The notes beneath the pieces were generated by a model, which had not been told where the DNA came from, ran no database searches, and saw only the letters and a program-made list of their open reading frames with translations. A program made the translations under genes and the position numbers. From contig MTSL01000105.1 in assembly GCA_002794465.1 (NCBI GenBank), forward strand, positions 39,267 through 71,266: DNA of 32,000 nt, read 5' to 3'. The number at the start of each line of letters is the position of its first letter. The stretch's first letter is position 1. Source of the DNA: Paramicrosporidium saccamoebae KSL3 (Eukaryota > Fungi > Cryptomycota). Below are positions 1 through 10,729 of the stretch, one piece after another.

Positions 1-118
1 ATATTTGAGGACAGCAAGATGTTTATCTATACTATTCTAGGATTAGCAGTGAACAACCCCCCTTCCCGTCTGTGGTATTATCCCCATTACGCGGCAATAC
101 CGCGGACTTTGCTAGCAT

Positions 119-3004
119 TTATTGTGGAATCCTCCACTGAATCCTATTCCCAGTTTTATACAAATTTTTGAGCGCCTTTTGAAGACTCGGGTCTCCTTCG
201 GAAGCAAGTTTCTGATAGTGATCATACAGCTTGACAGCCTAAAGTGTAAATTTGAGCCAATGTTTACGGATCGGGCATCAATAATACTATCATGCTCGCC
301 AGTCTGAATAAACTCTCCCAGGAAATGCCATGTCAAGAATTTCAACGACAGAAATCTAAAAGTACGATACTCAACCAACGGGAGCACCTATTGCCTTGAA
401 TATGGAACAACTCGACAGTGTCAATTATCTGGACTTTTGGAATGCTAATATTAAAGACGCGGAAGTCATTGTCAAGGCCGTGGCCAATGAATGTACACTT
501 TGCATCAATCAGTGACTGCAGACGCATCATTAGATTCTAGAAACAATGATGGTACCATTACAGGTTGTACCTTCCGACAGTTCAGCTTGTGCTTTGATAT
601 GCCTGGAAGCAAGTCTTCGGATCTGATTCCCGAAATTGCTGTGCAGTAATCTTCAATAATCTCGCCAGAAGTGATGGTGACAAATTCGTCAATCACCATA
701 GCATCACTTTTTGCTTCGAGAAGTGATAAGCGAGCAAGTCGGGCCTTTTTCGGTTTTACAATCTGCTGGGATCCATCACTTGAAAACTCTATTTGGGCCT
801 TTTCATAAAAAACATATTCTGCATCCACTCCAATAAGTTTTTGTCCATATTGAATCAAGGCTGGTGGCAGATTAATTGACTCATATGAAAACCCAGAGCT
901 CTGTTCGTACAGCAGCGCAATCGCCTTTTGTTTTTCGGCTTTTTTCCCGTCCCCGGTACAAAGCTCATTGTTGCAGGTGATCCATACGTCTTCTTGTTTA
1001 ATAATTGCTTTCAGGTTAATGTTCCCAGGTCCGTGTGATTCAAGAAGCATTCCCTTGAGAAGCAAAGGCAACAGGCCCTTTTTGGACCCAATCTCTTTTT
1101 CAATAACATGGTGGGATCTATAGGCAGCCGGATCAATAATAAATATTACACTCTGAAGTTCTGGCGTCCCCTCGGTCACAAAATCGCGATATCCATGGCA
1201 TCGATCACACCAGATCCTCTGCTTACTCGCAGTTTCCAGCGAGTTGGCCAACGATTTTGCAAAATTGCTTTGAACTTTGCTGATTAAAATGATAGGCTCA
1301 GTGACGTAATCTGATTTGCTGAATCCACAATCGCGGCAAGCAATTTTGAAGCAAAGGGAGGGAAAAAGTCTATAAAGTGCTCTTAATGTTTCGGCGAGCA
1401 ATGCAAAAGCAGGCATATCATGCTCCACTGGCGGCAGAATTGGACTTGCTGCTTTCAAAAAATGCTGAATGTGAATTGAGTTCTCTGAAGAAACATTTAG
1501 CGACTCTACAAGTCATTGAAATATGGTTAGGCGTACGAAACAGCAGGCCTAACTCGCAGATCACGCAAGACTCAATTTCACATCCTCCACTACAATGACT
1601 GATGGTGGCTTTATAGAGCGAACAGCTCTGGCGAAGGACTCTTATAATTTGATTCCAATATGGGTGCGAGACGTCACCATCGAGGCTGGTAAGACCTACA
1701 ATCAACACCAAGTCTAATCATACCCAGTGATCCTTGTAATGAGGCAGTTGCCATTCCAGCCGAAGCAACCAAATGGACTGTATTAGGGATAACCCCACGA
1801 TCATTCCGAACAAAGCCTAGTCCTCCGACTCTTTGGGCGAGGGAATAGAGCCTATTATCAAACACCGGTTTGGTGCGTCCCCAATATTTGTCACTCCCCA
1901 CGTTGTCGGAAAACTTGAGGGCTTCCTCTCGCCTATTTTCCACCTTTACGGAACCGGCACTGGGATAACTCAGAGGAATGGACATGTTATTGATGGATGG
2001 TGCCGCGTCTCCTTTCTGTAATATTTGCACAGAGCCCGACATTGAGCCCGTGGCAATCAAATTGTCGCTCTGTGAGATATCAAAGCAAATAGCCTCGTCA
2101 TTTGGTGTCAACTAAATGTGCCATTACGATGAACCTTTGCCGTACATGTATGGCCTCTTTAGAGGGAGGAATAGTATTAACACTTGCAGCGACGATCTGG
2201 TATCTCAACGGAGATAGGGCATACACTGTGTGATCCTCGTTGCCAAACTTTACAGATGAGGCTCCCAAGGGAACTGGGATGGGAATGACCATTTTCATAG
2301 TTCTCATGTCATAAATCCTCAGGGTATTCTCCGCCAGCTTAACGCCCTGTCTCATCGTGAATCCACTGGTCACTAGGAGCTGATCGTGTACAGCGACAGA
2401 CCCCACGCCAAATGGATGCGAATCGATGGTTGTAACGGTTGAACTGGTACGAGGGTCAATAATAGAAATCTGGCCACACTCATGGCCAACATAGATCTGC
2501 TCAGCAGCTGCAAGGGAAATAGCGGGTGACTCAATGTGGATCTACAAAATCTTTAGCATTCAGCTGATAGGTCTACGGTGGAAATGAGCTCGTCACTCCG
2601 TAAACTGTAGTAGTATACACAATCCATTGAGCCTACAAAAACACTTGAACGAGCTCTGTTTGGAACCGCCATTGACAATAACCCTTCGCCCGACCAGCTG
2701 GACCGAGAAAGTCCGCCAGACTTGTGAAAGCTCAGCTTCTCTGAGGAGAGGGAGAGGACTCCGTCAACGTGACCAAGCAATGACTGAATTGGACCACTGT
2801 GTGCTCGAAAGTACGAGTACACGTGTCTCCGTTCAAAATCGTAGTGAACAATGTCCCCCTTATGAGGTTAGCATGCACACACGGCAGTACCAAAGTGTTG
2901 GCAAAGTAAATGGATTCATGGGATGGACTGAACGATACTCCACATATTGGGGCGAGTCTATGAATGCTCGGGTGGCCGGTAGCATCCACTGGAACCCAGT
3001 GCAT
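119..3004 (-). CDS. PAN2: PAN2 deadenylase catalytic subunit (WD40 + pseudo-UCH + DEDDh nuclease); 8 introns, about 876 aa
   Basis: Removing 8 GT-AG introns of 28-35 nt joins the track fragments into one frame. Motifs: WD40 region (LRIYDMR), UCH-like SCVICELGLLF and RIWCDRC, nuclease IGVDAEYV...LARLSLL, FIGHGLDNDF, HDSIIDAR, C-terminus LYKTGNRIQWRIPQ*. Confidence 0.93.
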
Positions 3005-3082
3005 TTTAACAAAGTTTGTACAGGATAATATATATAGCGTACTTGTGTACAGCGAGTAATCTGTTTATAAAGTCCCGCTACA

Positions 3083-3842
3083 TTATCCGTCCAAAAGCAT
3101 GTTACTGGCCCTTTCAATATTTCCACCCGATCGTTTGAGCGCCTCGGCAGCATCTTCACGAGCAAATCCCAAGCTCATCAATTGGGCCAAGGATTCGTCA
3201 GAAATAGAATTGGTTGGTTTTCTTAAAATCTTGGTACCCACATCGACTAATTCTGGCGTCTGTTTCCGTATTACCCTTGGTGGACAAATAATCCCTCGCA
3301 GCTTAAGGTACAAGAAAAACGACATTAGGCTGGCAATTGATCCTATTGAGATCGCGTAGCGTTGGCTCGTGGGCGAACACATAAATAACTAAAACGTAAG
3401 CTGCGGGTCCACAGCGTGATACAAAATATAAAACCAATGAATGGATAAACCGATCACTGATTTGAAGTGGCCCGAGCTCAACTAAAATGTCCGGCTTCAT
3501 CACAGCAAAGTCGAGCAGATGGAGCGTATTTAAAATTAGCAATCTACAATATCAGAACTATCACACGCAGCATTTACATTGCCACCCTTCTAATAGGGAA
3601 AAATCTGCTCCATACGATCGTTGTCAAAAGTGGCGCCAGTAGGGTTACCTACAGTTGAGGTCAAGGCAAGCGCATACAGCAGTTGATATGAATCCCAATT
3701 GTCTTTCCACCCTTCGCAGCCGGATTGTGACAATTGAGGCCAGGATAAGTTGTGCTGAAGTATCGACAAGAAAGCAGCCAAGTGCCTTGCGAATAATCCA
3801 AGGCATTTGATGGCCAGTGTTAGCATTATTATCGACCCACAT
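3083..3842 (-). CDS. Rhomboid-pseudoprotease-like membrane protein with C-terminal UBA domain (Dsc2/UBAC2-like); 3 introns, about 220 aa
   Basis: Spliced frame (introns 29, 34, 34 nt) has hydrophobic helices, LRRVERQLG (cf. FRxFERxxG), LGPLQISDRF and a clear UBA (QLMSLGFAREDAAEALKRSGGNIERASNMLL). Start codon is uncertain. Confidence 0.65.
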
Positions 3843-3978
3843 AATGCAATTAGCTGCTGTAGAGGCCGCCATAATAGCCAAAGTAACTGGAGTACCGCCT
3901 AATAATTCAAAGAACCCCCAAGACTCGCCTAGTACCAGACATTTCGTGCCAATTGTGATTGGCCAGGCTCGGAGAAGC

Positions 3979-6465
3979 ATGAAAACAGCTCGGAGAATTG
4001 GGGTAACATGGACTGGAGAGACGATAGAGCTCCCTGAAGCAAAGAGCTTCAATGAGCAAATTCGGCTGTTTGCCGCTGTGCGAGAAAAACCGACAGAGAT
4101 GGATAGTTTAATATTCATGACCCCGACCGGGTTGGAAGTCAATGAGGAGAGCTATTTGAATTTGCAGGCTACCAGCGATATTTTCTATGTCTACGATGTT
4201 ACCCAAATTGCAGATGATGGCCCGATCCCAGATATTTTTGGCTCGGTTCCAGAAATATCTTCAATCGTTATAGCCGAACTCCCATCTGGAGCATCCGCCA
4301 ACCTCAACATGGATGATCAAATTAGCATATTAGAATCCCGCCTTCTTGTTATCATTGGTAACTTGAAAGTACACTTATAAATGAGTCTAACCATAGAATC
4401 TCCAAGAAGCTCAAGAAATGCTAAAGGAAAAGGCCATCGAAATGATCAAGGCACACCAAGTATTAGAGTCTGGCGTGTTGGCAGCTCTTTTAAATGCCGA
4501 AAGGTATCATGAAAAGGCAATCAAAGACTCGTTGGCCGTAGTTGAAGCTTCAAGGAAAACGGTCTCGAAAATTAATTCATTGTTGAGCCGCTGTCCCTTG
4601 GATTTTGCACTGATGAAAAGGATCCCATTGCATCATTCATTAGCAAAAGGGGAGCAGGGACTATCTTTGTTAGACCTAAAGGGGATGGAATGGCAAGAAG
4701 AGTTTACCAAATGTACTCAAAACCGAGGTTTCCTTTACTAAACGCTAAATAATACTAGATGAGCTCGTCCAAGTCACCAATCTTGTGGATTCTAAGATCG
4801 AAACATTACTTTCACGGAAACCAGTTCGCTATGAAAAATCGGGCCACGATAGACCGAGTCTTGAGAACCTGGACAGATCCTTGCGAGAAATTCGGGTCGC
4901 TCTTAACAGTACAGTCCAGGCCGCTGCTGATTCATAATAGAACTTAATCTGCTCCTTTCGTCTGAAGATAACGAAGCGACATCTTCGGAAAATCTCGTAC
5001 TTGTTCAAAAATCGGGTCGGCTATTAAATCTTGCCGAGACTTGTGGCCAGTTTAATGATGGGTTCTTTAGAGGTAAGAGACTATAGCCAGTTGATTCTCA
5101 ACAATAGGTCAAATGAAAGAAATGCACATATTCCAGGAAGTTCTCAAGGGACTATCTGGCCTTTGCGTATTCTCGTCATCGTTATTTTTAAGCACTTAGA
5201 TTTCGAATCTCCAGTGTTCCCGCCAACTGTTCAAGGATATTTCAATCGACCAGTCTTTTTTGGTTGAACTTGCTACCACCCACAATTCATTGATCTCCAT
5301 GATCGAGAATATTGATGCATCAATGGGGATACTTGACTCTATCCACGCATTCCCTATCGCCTACGTTGCTTTTTTATGCGAACTGGCTAGGAGGACGATT
5401 TTTATTAGAGTATCCAAGTTGTTGGACTGTTCTGAATTCTAGAACTTGAAAAATTCGTTCGTCAGTGTGGAGGATATGCTAGAAAAAGCCATTGCTGCTG
5501 AATTTGATAAAAGGAAACGCTTTGATGCTGAAATTGGGAATATTGTGAATCTTCAAGCGTTCCGACCCGACGCAACTGACTTGGAACTTACTGGGAACGC
5601 AGTCTTGTTTGTTTCCGAAGACACCCAGGTTTCCCCCGAAGAGATTGACGGTAGGCACGTGATGATTTCTAAAAATTGTTTAGAACTTGAACGAGAAATT
5701 AGAGCCAGTGAAAGTCAATTGGCAGCTACTGATCCTCTTAGAATTCAATTGAAAAAGTTCTTAGAGACGATCATCCAAATGAGTCAAAGAATCATGACAG
5801 AGAATACCAATCATTTCAAAACAGACTCCTCCTCAAGTACCCTAAGACGCCGATTCTCTGAGGAGAGGCTTCGAAAGGATGATAATCCAGAGCTAATTAA
5901 GGCGTATGAGGGCAGGATTAAGAACTTGGAGAGATTACTACATGAAAACTATGTCGCTGCACACAATACCAGCACTGAATCAACCGAGTTCAGAATTCCA
6001 TATGAGGCTGAAAACTTGACAAGGAGCAACTCAACAAGCCAAGCGGAAGCAAAAGAGTGGAAACAAGCCGTCGACCAGATTTATTGCAAGATTGGGTTGG
6101 GAACAACCCCACCAAGTATAGCAGAGGCTGCTCGTTTGATAATCTCTGGCTACAGTGAAAAGTCCGCTCTGGTCGAAAAATTGCAGCAACGGATCGCCTT
6201 TGGCTGCTTTGAGGTCGAAAATATAGTCTTGCTCCTACCAACTGTCAGGAAGAGTATTTGGTCACTGTTCAATGTTGACTATCCAAACTACTATGTCCAT
6301 CCTGACTCCCTGAAAATAATGCTAGACGACCGAGAAAAGCATAGCTGGTTTTTGGCCCGTATTCAAAAGATAGAGCCAAAAAAAAGCCTTGGAAAAGCAT
6401 TGGATCCTTATAGGCTTCCAAAGGACTTTGAATATCACGAAGTGGTTGCGAGCAAGCTATTCTAA
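3979..6465 (+). CDS. ATG11: Autophagy scaffold Atg11/FIP200; 6 introns, about 764 aa
   Basis: N-terminal ...DIFYVYD, central FPIAYVAFLCELARR, coiled coils, and C-terminal claw-type domain (IAFGCFEVENIVLLLPT...WSLFNVDYPNYYV...WFLARIQKIE...DPYRLP). Introns total 192 nt and preserve the frame. Confidence 0.85.
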
Positions 6466-6497
6466 AAATATGCCAAGAATTCATGTAAAGGGATGTT

Positions 6498-7349
6498 TTA
6501 TTCATGGACCCGTTTCCTTTCTGGTATTACAGCGCTTATCGCTTCGGCCCATGAGCCGCATTCTCGCTGCTTACACATCAACTCGTAAACGTGAACAATT
6601 GTGAGGACTTGACTAGATTTCAACTTGATGTGATCTCCAAGGGGAAGCTTGGCGGTTTCGATGCCCAGTTCGTTCGCCCGAATGGCAGCTGCATTCTTGT
6701 GTCGATTTCGATCAATCAGTCCACCGATAACATACGTACAGGCTGGATCGATTTCTGAAAGAACCTTGTCTGCATCAGGGCTTAAATAAACAATTGTTTG
6801 CCCATTTTTGTACTCTTCCAGTGACTTGCTTGAAAATTCAATATCCCATTTTGTATATTCAGGGAACGCCGTTTCCATCCTACGCTCTAGATCTCCCCCA
6901 AGACCCGCTACAACAAGCCGATACGGTTTCGTAGTTCGTCGATTCAAAGCGTAGCAGCGGCAAATCTGTGAAGAGAGACTAACAATTTCCTATCCGTCGT
7001 GATTATTTAAAATTCAAAACGCTACCTTTTGGTTCATCAGTCCTTCAAATGAAAGATCAATTAGTATTTGCCCAAGCTTTGGTTCTTGTTCTGTAGGGGT
7101 TTTCCGGGCTCCTGGTTTAGGATCTTCCAAAGGTTCTAGGCGTCTCTGTGCCTTCCTTGCTCTCTTCTTTTCTCGAGTTTTAGCCTTCCATTCTGCACGT
7201 GTTTCGGCAAATTTTTGTTGCTTCAAGAGTCGTTTTTGGGCATTCTTCGACAAGACAGTTGTCTCAGATGCAGTCTCAGTAGACTCTTCCAGGTTAGCCA
7301 TATCTCCCGAGCAAGTGCTGCCAGGGATTAACGAGCGAGCGTCCACCAT
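6498..7349 (-). CDS. TRM10: tRNA m1G9 methyltransferase Trm10 (SPOUT); 1 intron
   Basis: SKNAQKRLLK, IDLSFEGLM, EIVSLSSQICRCYALNRR (across a 36-nt intron), YLSPDA, YVIGGLIDRNRHK, QVLTIVHV. Alternative ATG at 7301. Confidence 0.92.
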
Positions 7350-7367
7350 CGTTTATACGCTTAGACG

Positions 7368-7717
7368 ATGGCCGATCAAAGCGAAGACAAAAAGTCAGAC
7401 CACATTGATGTCCGCGTTGTTTCTGGCGTAATTCATGACCAAAATTCTCATCGGCATAGGACAAGGGCGAAGTTTACTTTAAAATTCGAAAGACAACTCC
7501 TTTGAAGAAGCTGATGGAAGCTTACTGCAACAAGCAGGGAATTGCCATCGGCAGCACTCGGTTCATGTTTGATGAGAAGCGACTAAATGCTGCTCAGACT
7601 GCCGAACAGGTAAATACTGGCTACATCCTGGCTAACTGTGCGATTTAGGCCGGTTTGGAAAACGACGATGTTATTGAAGCTTATCATGAGCAGGTTGGAG
7701 GGTTTGATTTGATCTAG
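7368..7717 (+). CDS. SMT3: SUMO precursor; 2 introns; missing from the ORF track
   Basis: Spliced: MADQSEDKKSDHIDVRVVSGDKGEVYFKIRKTTPLKKLMEAYCNKQG...RFMFDEKRL...DVIEAYHEQVGG-FDLI*. Diglycine followed by a 4-aa propeptide. Confidence 0.95.
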
Positions 7718-7795
7718 CCAGCATTGTGTATGTACAAGCTCCACGCAATGCATTTACTTAATAGGACCCAAAAATAAAATGTTAACTAAAGTCAA

Positions 7796-7887
7796 GGTCA
7801 GGGCCTCTTTCTGGCACGTTATTTACTAACGTTGGGGTTGGAAGTAAGACCCCCTTTCTGCTCCATTTGATACTAACTCGGGCAAAG
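7796..7887 (+). other. Candidate [D1,2] spliceosomal twin intron (stwintron) ending directly before the MAK31 ATG
   Basis: G7796 | GTCAGG...TACTAAC(7824-7830)...GAAG(7844) | TAAGAC...TACTAAC(7871-7877)...AAAG(7887) | ATG. Excising 7797-7844 creates a GTAAGA donor. Confidence 0.45.
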
Positions 7888-8149
7888 ATGAATGGTCAAA
7901 CAGGCTACAGCGGCTTCCATGCATGGCTGGGTAGAACATTGCGAATCACTCTCACCGACTCGCGAGTATTTCAGGGACAGTTTGTCGCCATCGATAACAA
8001 GTCTAACGTCTTGCTGAGATATAGCGAAGCTTTAGAGGGTTTGCAGCATCGTTGTATTTTTACTCACTATAGTTACTGGCCACAAGTTTTTTGGAACCGT
8101 CAACATTCCCCGTCAATTCCTGAAAAAAATCGAGCTGCGTGTAGCCTAA
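7888..8149 (+). CDS. MAK31: Sm-fold protein, NatC auxiliary subunit Mak31/NAA38-like; 1 intron, about 75 aa
   Basis: Spliced: WLGRTLRITLTDSRVFQGQFVAIDNKSNVLL...EVTGHKFFGTVNIPRQFLKKIEL, containing Sm1 and Sm2 motifs; closest in my recall to yeast Mak31. Confidence 0.72.
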
Positions 8150-8167
8150 AACTCCTCACTAGGTCCT

Positions 8168-9180
8168 CTATCTGTCCGCTCTCTCGGCCATCGTTACTAT
8201 CTGCCTTGCTTGCAGTACAACTACGGCGTTTGAGTTGTAATAAATTGTTACCTGGAAGATCTATGACGATTCCCTCAAATTCAAACGCTCCCTTGCCATG
8301 CAAGCAATGCTCGTCGTAGGCCCTAATAATAAGCCTCGCTTTCTGGATCGCTTCCTCGGTTGGAGAAAAGGTCTTGTTCACCAGGTCAATTTGGCCCGGA
8401 TGAATGACTTGTTTTCCTGTAAAACCAAAGAGGTGCCCCTCATTCGCTTCCAATTCCAGAGTTTTCATATTCCTGAAATCAATGCAAACCATATCAATCG
8501 CATCCATCCCAAATGCTTTGGCTAGAAGGTTAGATAGCAAGCACTAAGGAACCATGCGTGACAATCTTGGATCGTGCATATAAGATTTCGCTTCTTGTCT
8601 CCGTTCGTATTATCCCAGCAGAAGCGCAGTAATCCTCACACCCAAACTATCAAATCACTCTCACCATAGCTGCTATACCAAAAGTCCAACAGTGCGCTGA
8701 CTTGTTTTGCAAATACTTTTCAAGTTAACCAAGGACGTCGGGCTCTCGATACATAAAAGTGCCTTGGTGTCAGTCCCCTCCAACGTCTTTTCTGCCTTCA
8801 GTACATCTTCCGGAGTATCAATCTTGGGAAACACAATAGAGCCAAATTGGCTTAAAACATCTTGAAGGGACGCGACATCCTTTTCAAAAAGACCTACAAA
8901 TTCCAAGAGCCAAATTGCAGGATGGACCTGATTGTAGACTATTCACTCGCAAAGAAATCTCACGACCATCAGTCTTTTTGTGAGCCTGCATGAAATCGCG
9001 GATTGTTGTTCGTGCCATCTCTTTAAAGGATAATGGAACTCCGTCCTCTAGATCCAAAACTACACAATCTGCGCTAGAGGATAGGGATTTTAGTATTTTC
9101 CGTGAGTCATGGCCGGGAACTGTAGTCGTAAAGTCTTATCAAGGTCAAGTACCATTCAATAAAGTTCTCCTCAGAACCAT
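8168..9180 (-). CDS. CLYBL: CitE/HpcH-family citramalyl-CoA lyase (CLYBL-like); 5 introns
   Basis: RRTLLNVPGHD, DCVVLDLEDGV, LRVNS, PKID, CIESP, LLFGCEDY, AKAFGMDAIDMV, GFTGKQVIHPGQI, VIDLPVVLQA. Confidence 0.88.
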
Positions 9181-9219
9181 TACTTCGGCCTTTTGAAATA
9201 TAAAAGAACATTTAATGTC

Positions 9220-10691
9220 TCAATTAATTGTAGCTCCATTCTTATTTATCTTGTAGATACATAGATATGCAGTGTGCCAGTCTCCTCCTCCGTCCAGTTT
9301 CTTTATTTCATCCTCTGTAACAAACGACACTTTATCGTCGTCGTATTTCCACCAGAGCCCATGGTCATTGTCCTTTGTCCATGAAATATAATGCCCCGAG
9401 TCGGCTGATCTTCCAATATGTGTAATGACACTCACAAGCTCATACTGCCCTTGACTCTCGACACCCTCTGCCCTTAACTTTGACAGGTCAAGGCTCATGG
9501 GAAATTTAACTTTCTAAATACATGTCAGCTTGCATAGTGATTGCACCTTTAAAATTTTGGCTTTAACTTGCTCTTTGGGCTTCCAGAAGAAACGCAAAAA
9601 GTTCACTGTGAGATATTCAGGAAAGTCGGAAATTTTGGATGTTTTCAGAAAATCGACATTTTTCCCTGCAAGATCCGAATGTTTTGAAATTGTTTCTGTT
9701 AGGCCGGCTTGGATGCCCCCGACGAGCTCAACGGTCTCTAAGTCTTAAACCGGCCTTCTGGAAGGTTTACCTTGGCCAATATGGCAGCTCAACTTGATAA
9801 AACTCTCCTCTAGATTTAATTTCTCCCCAGTCTCATCACACGTCAATCTACAAAAGTCAAATACGCAGGAATAAACGATTACGTAGACTGAAGCCGTCCT
9901 GTAAACAGATCTGATGAAGAAGGCAAAACAGAAAACAGCTCATGCAATATAAGGGACCAGCACTCTTCGGCATCCTGTTGGCATGGGATACCCTGCTCGT
10001 TGCGTTGTGCAAAGTGAGGAAATCGAGTATGAAGATTCTGGATGTGAATAAATTTCATGAAAAAGTACCCCGACTACAGATATTGGAATGACACTCGGAG
10101 GCTTCTTGTCGAGTTCACGAAACAAGTCGGCAATGGACCGAACTAGTGTAGAGGACTTTAGTCGCTCCTGTTCAGTCTTGAGTAGGGACTGGATAGTCGC
10201 AAGCCCCCTTAGGGACTGAAGAGATGCATTCAAATAGCACGTGTTTCCAAGATTAGCAAGTCCAGCGGGCTAAGTTGTCAGTGGGCAAGAACTATCTGTA
10301 CCTCATTGCGAATGTTTGCATCGGCAACACTAAGAATTTCACTGGAATTTCCATTAGTCGTCGATGGAATGTCTGTTTTCGGAATGGCAGCACTCGGTGT
10401 ACCCATTAATAAAATAACATCGCCATCTAATACACCGATTTGGCCAAAGCGGTCTTCATCCTGAACATGAAGGGAGATTCATGGATATTTACCTTGAGCA
10501 ACTTGCCCTTATACAATAGTTTTTGATTAGCGGCTTCGACTCCTGTCTTTTGGACGAGCTCCAGCTTCAAATCTTGAACAGTTTCTTGGCACGTCTTGCT
10601 TACTTTCCCAACAGAGCTTCCGCGCCATTTTATCTCAACTACATTAAGATGTCTAAGACGGGGTGTTATGGCGCTAGGTACCGTTTGGCAT
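9220..10691 (-). CDS. UBP6: Proteasome-associated deubiquitinase Ubp6/USP14 (UBL + USP); 7 introns, about 410 aa
   Basis: UBL domain (MPNVEIKW...QKLLYKGKLLKD...LLMGT), Cys box GLANLGNTCYLNASLQ, QQDAEECW, RFFWK...AKILKKVKFP, His box HIGRSADSGHY, GGGDWHTAY. Confidence 0.93.
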
Positions 10692-10729
10692 AATTAAAAT
10701 AAATTACAATAATCGTTTCTGTTCATATT

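Noticed and set aside
1-118. ATG directly after the PAN2 stop (TAA-ATG), a possible zero-gap downstream gene
   Set aside because: It needs a 64-nt intron outside the observed size range, and the window edge truncates it, so it cannot be evaluated.
7703-7717. Hydrophobic SUMO propeptide FDLI as an auto-SIM
   Set aside because: SUMO propeptides vary freely and are removed by Ulp proteases; four residues give no support.
10639-10681. UBP6 first intron has an upstream AG 14 nt before the used acceptor
   Set aside because: Using it gives an immediate stop. At most this is minor unproductive splicing, and there is no evidence of function.
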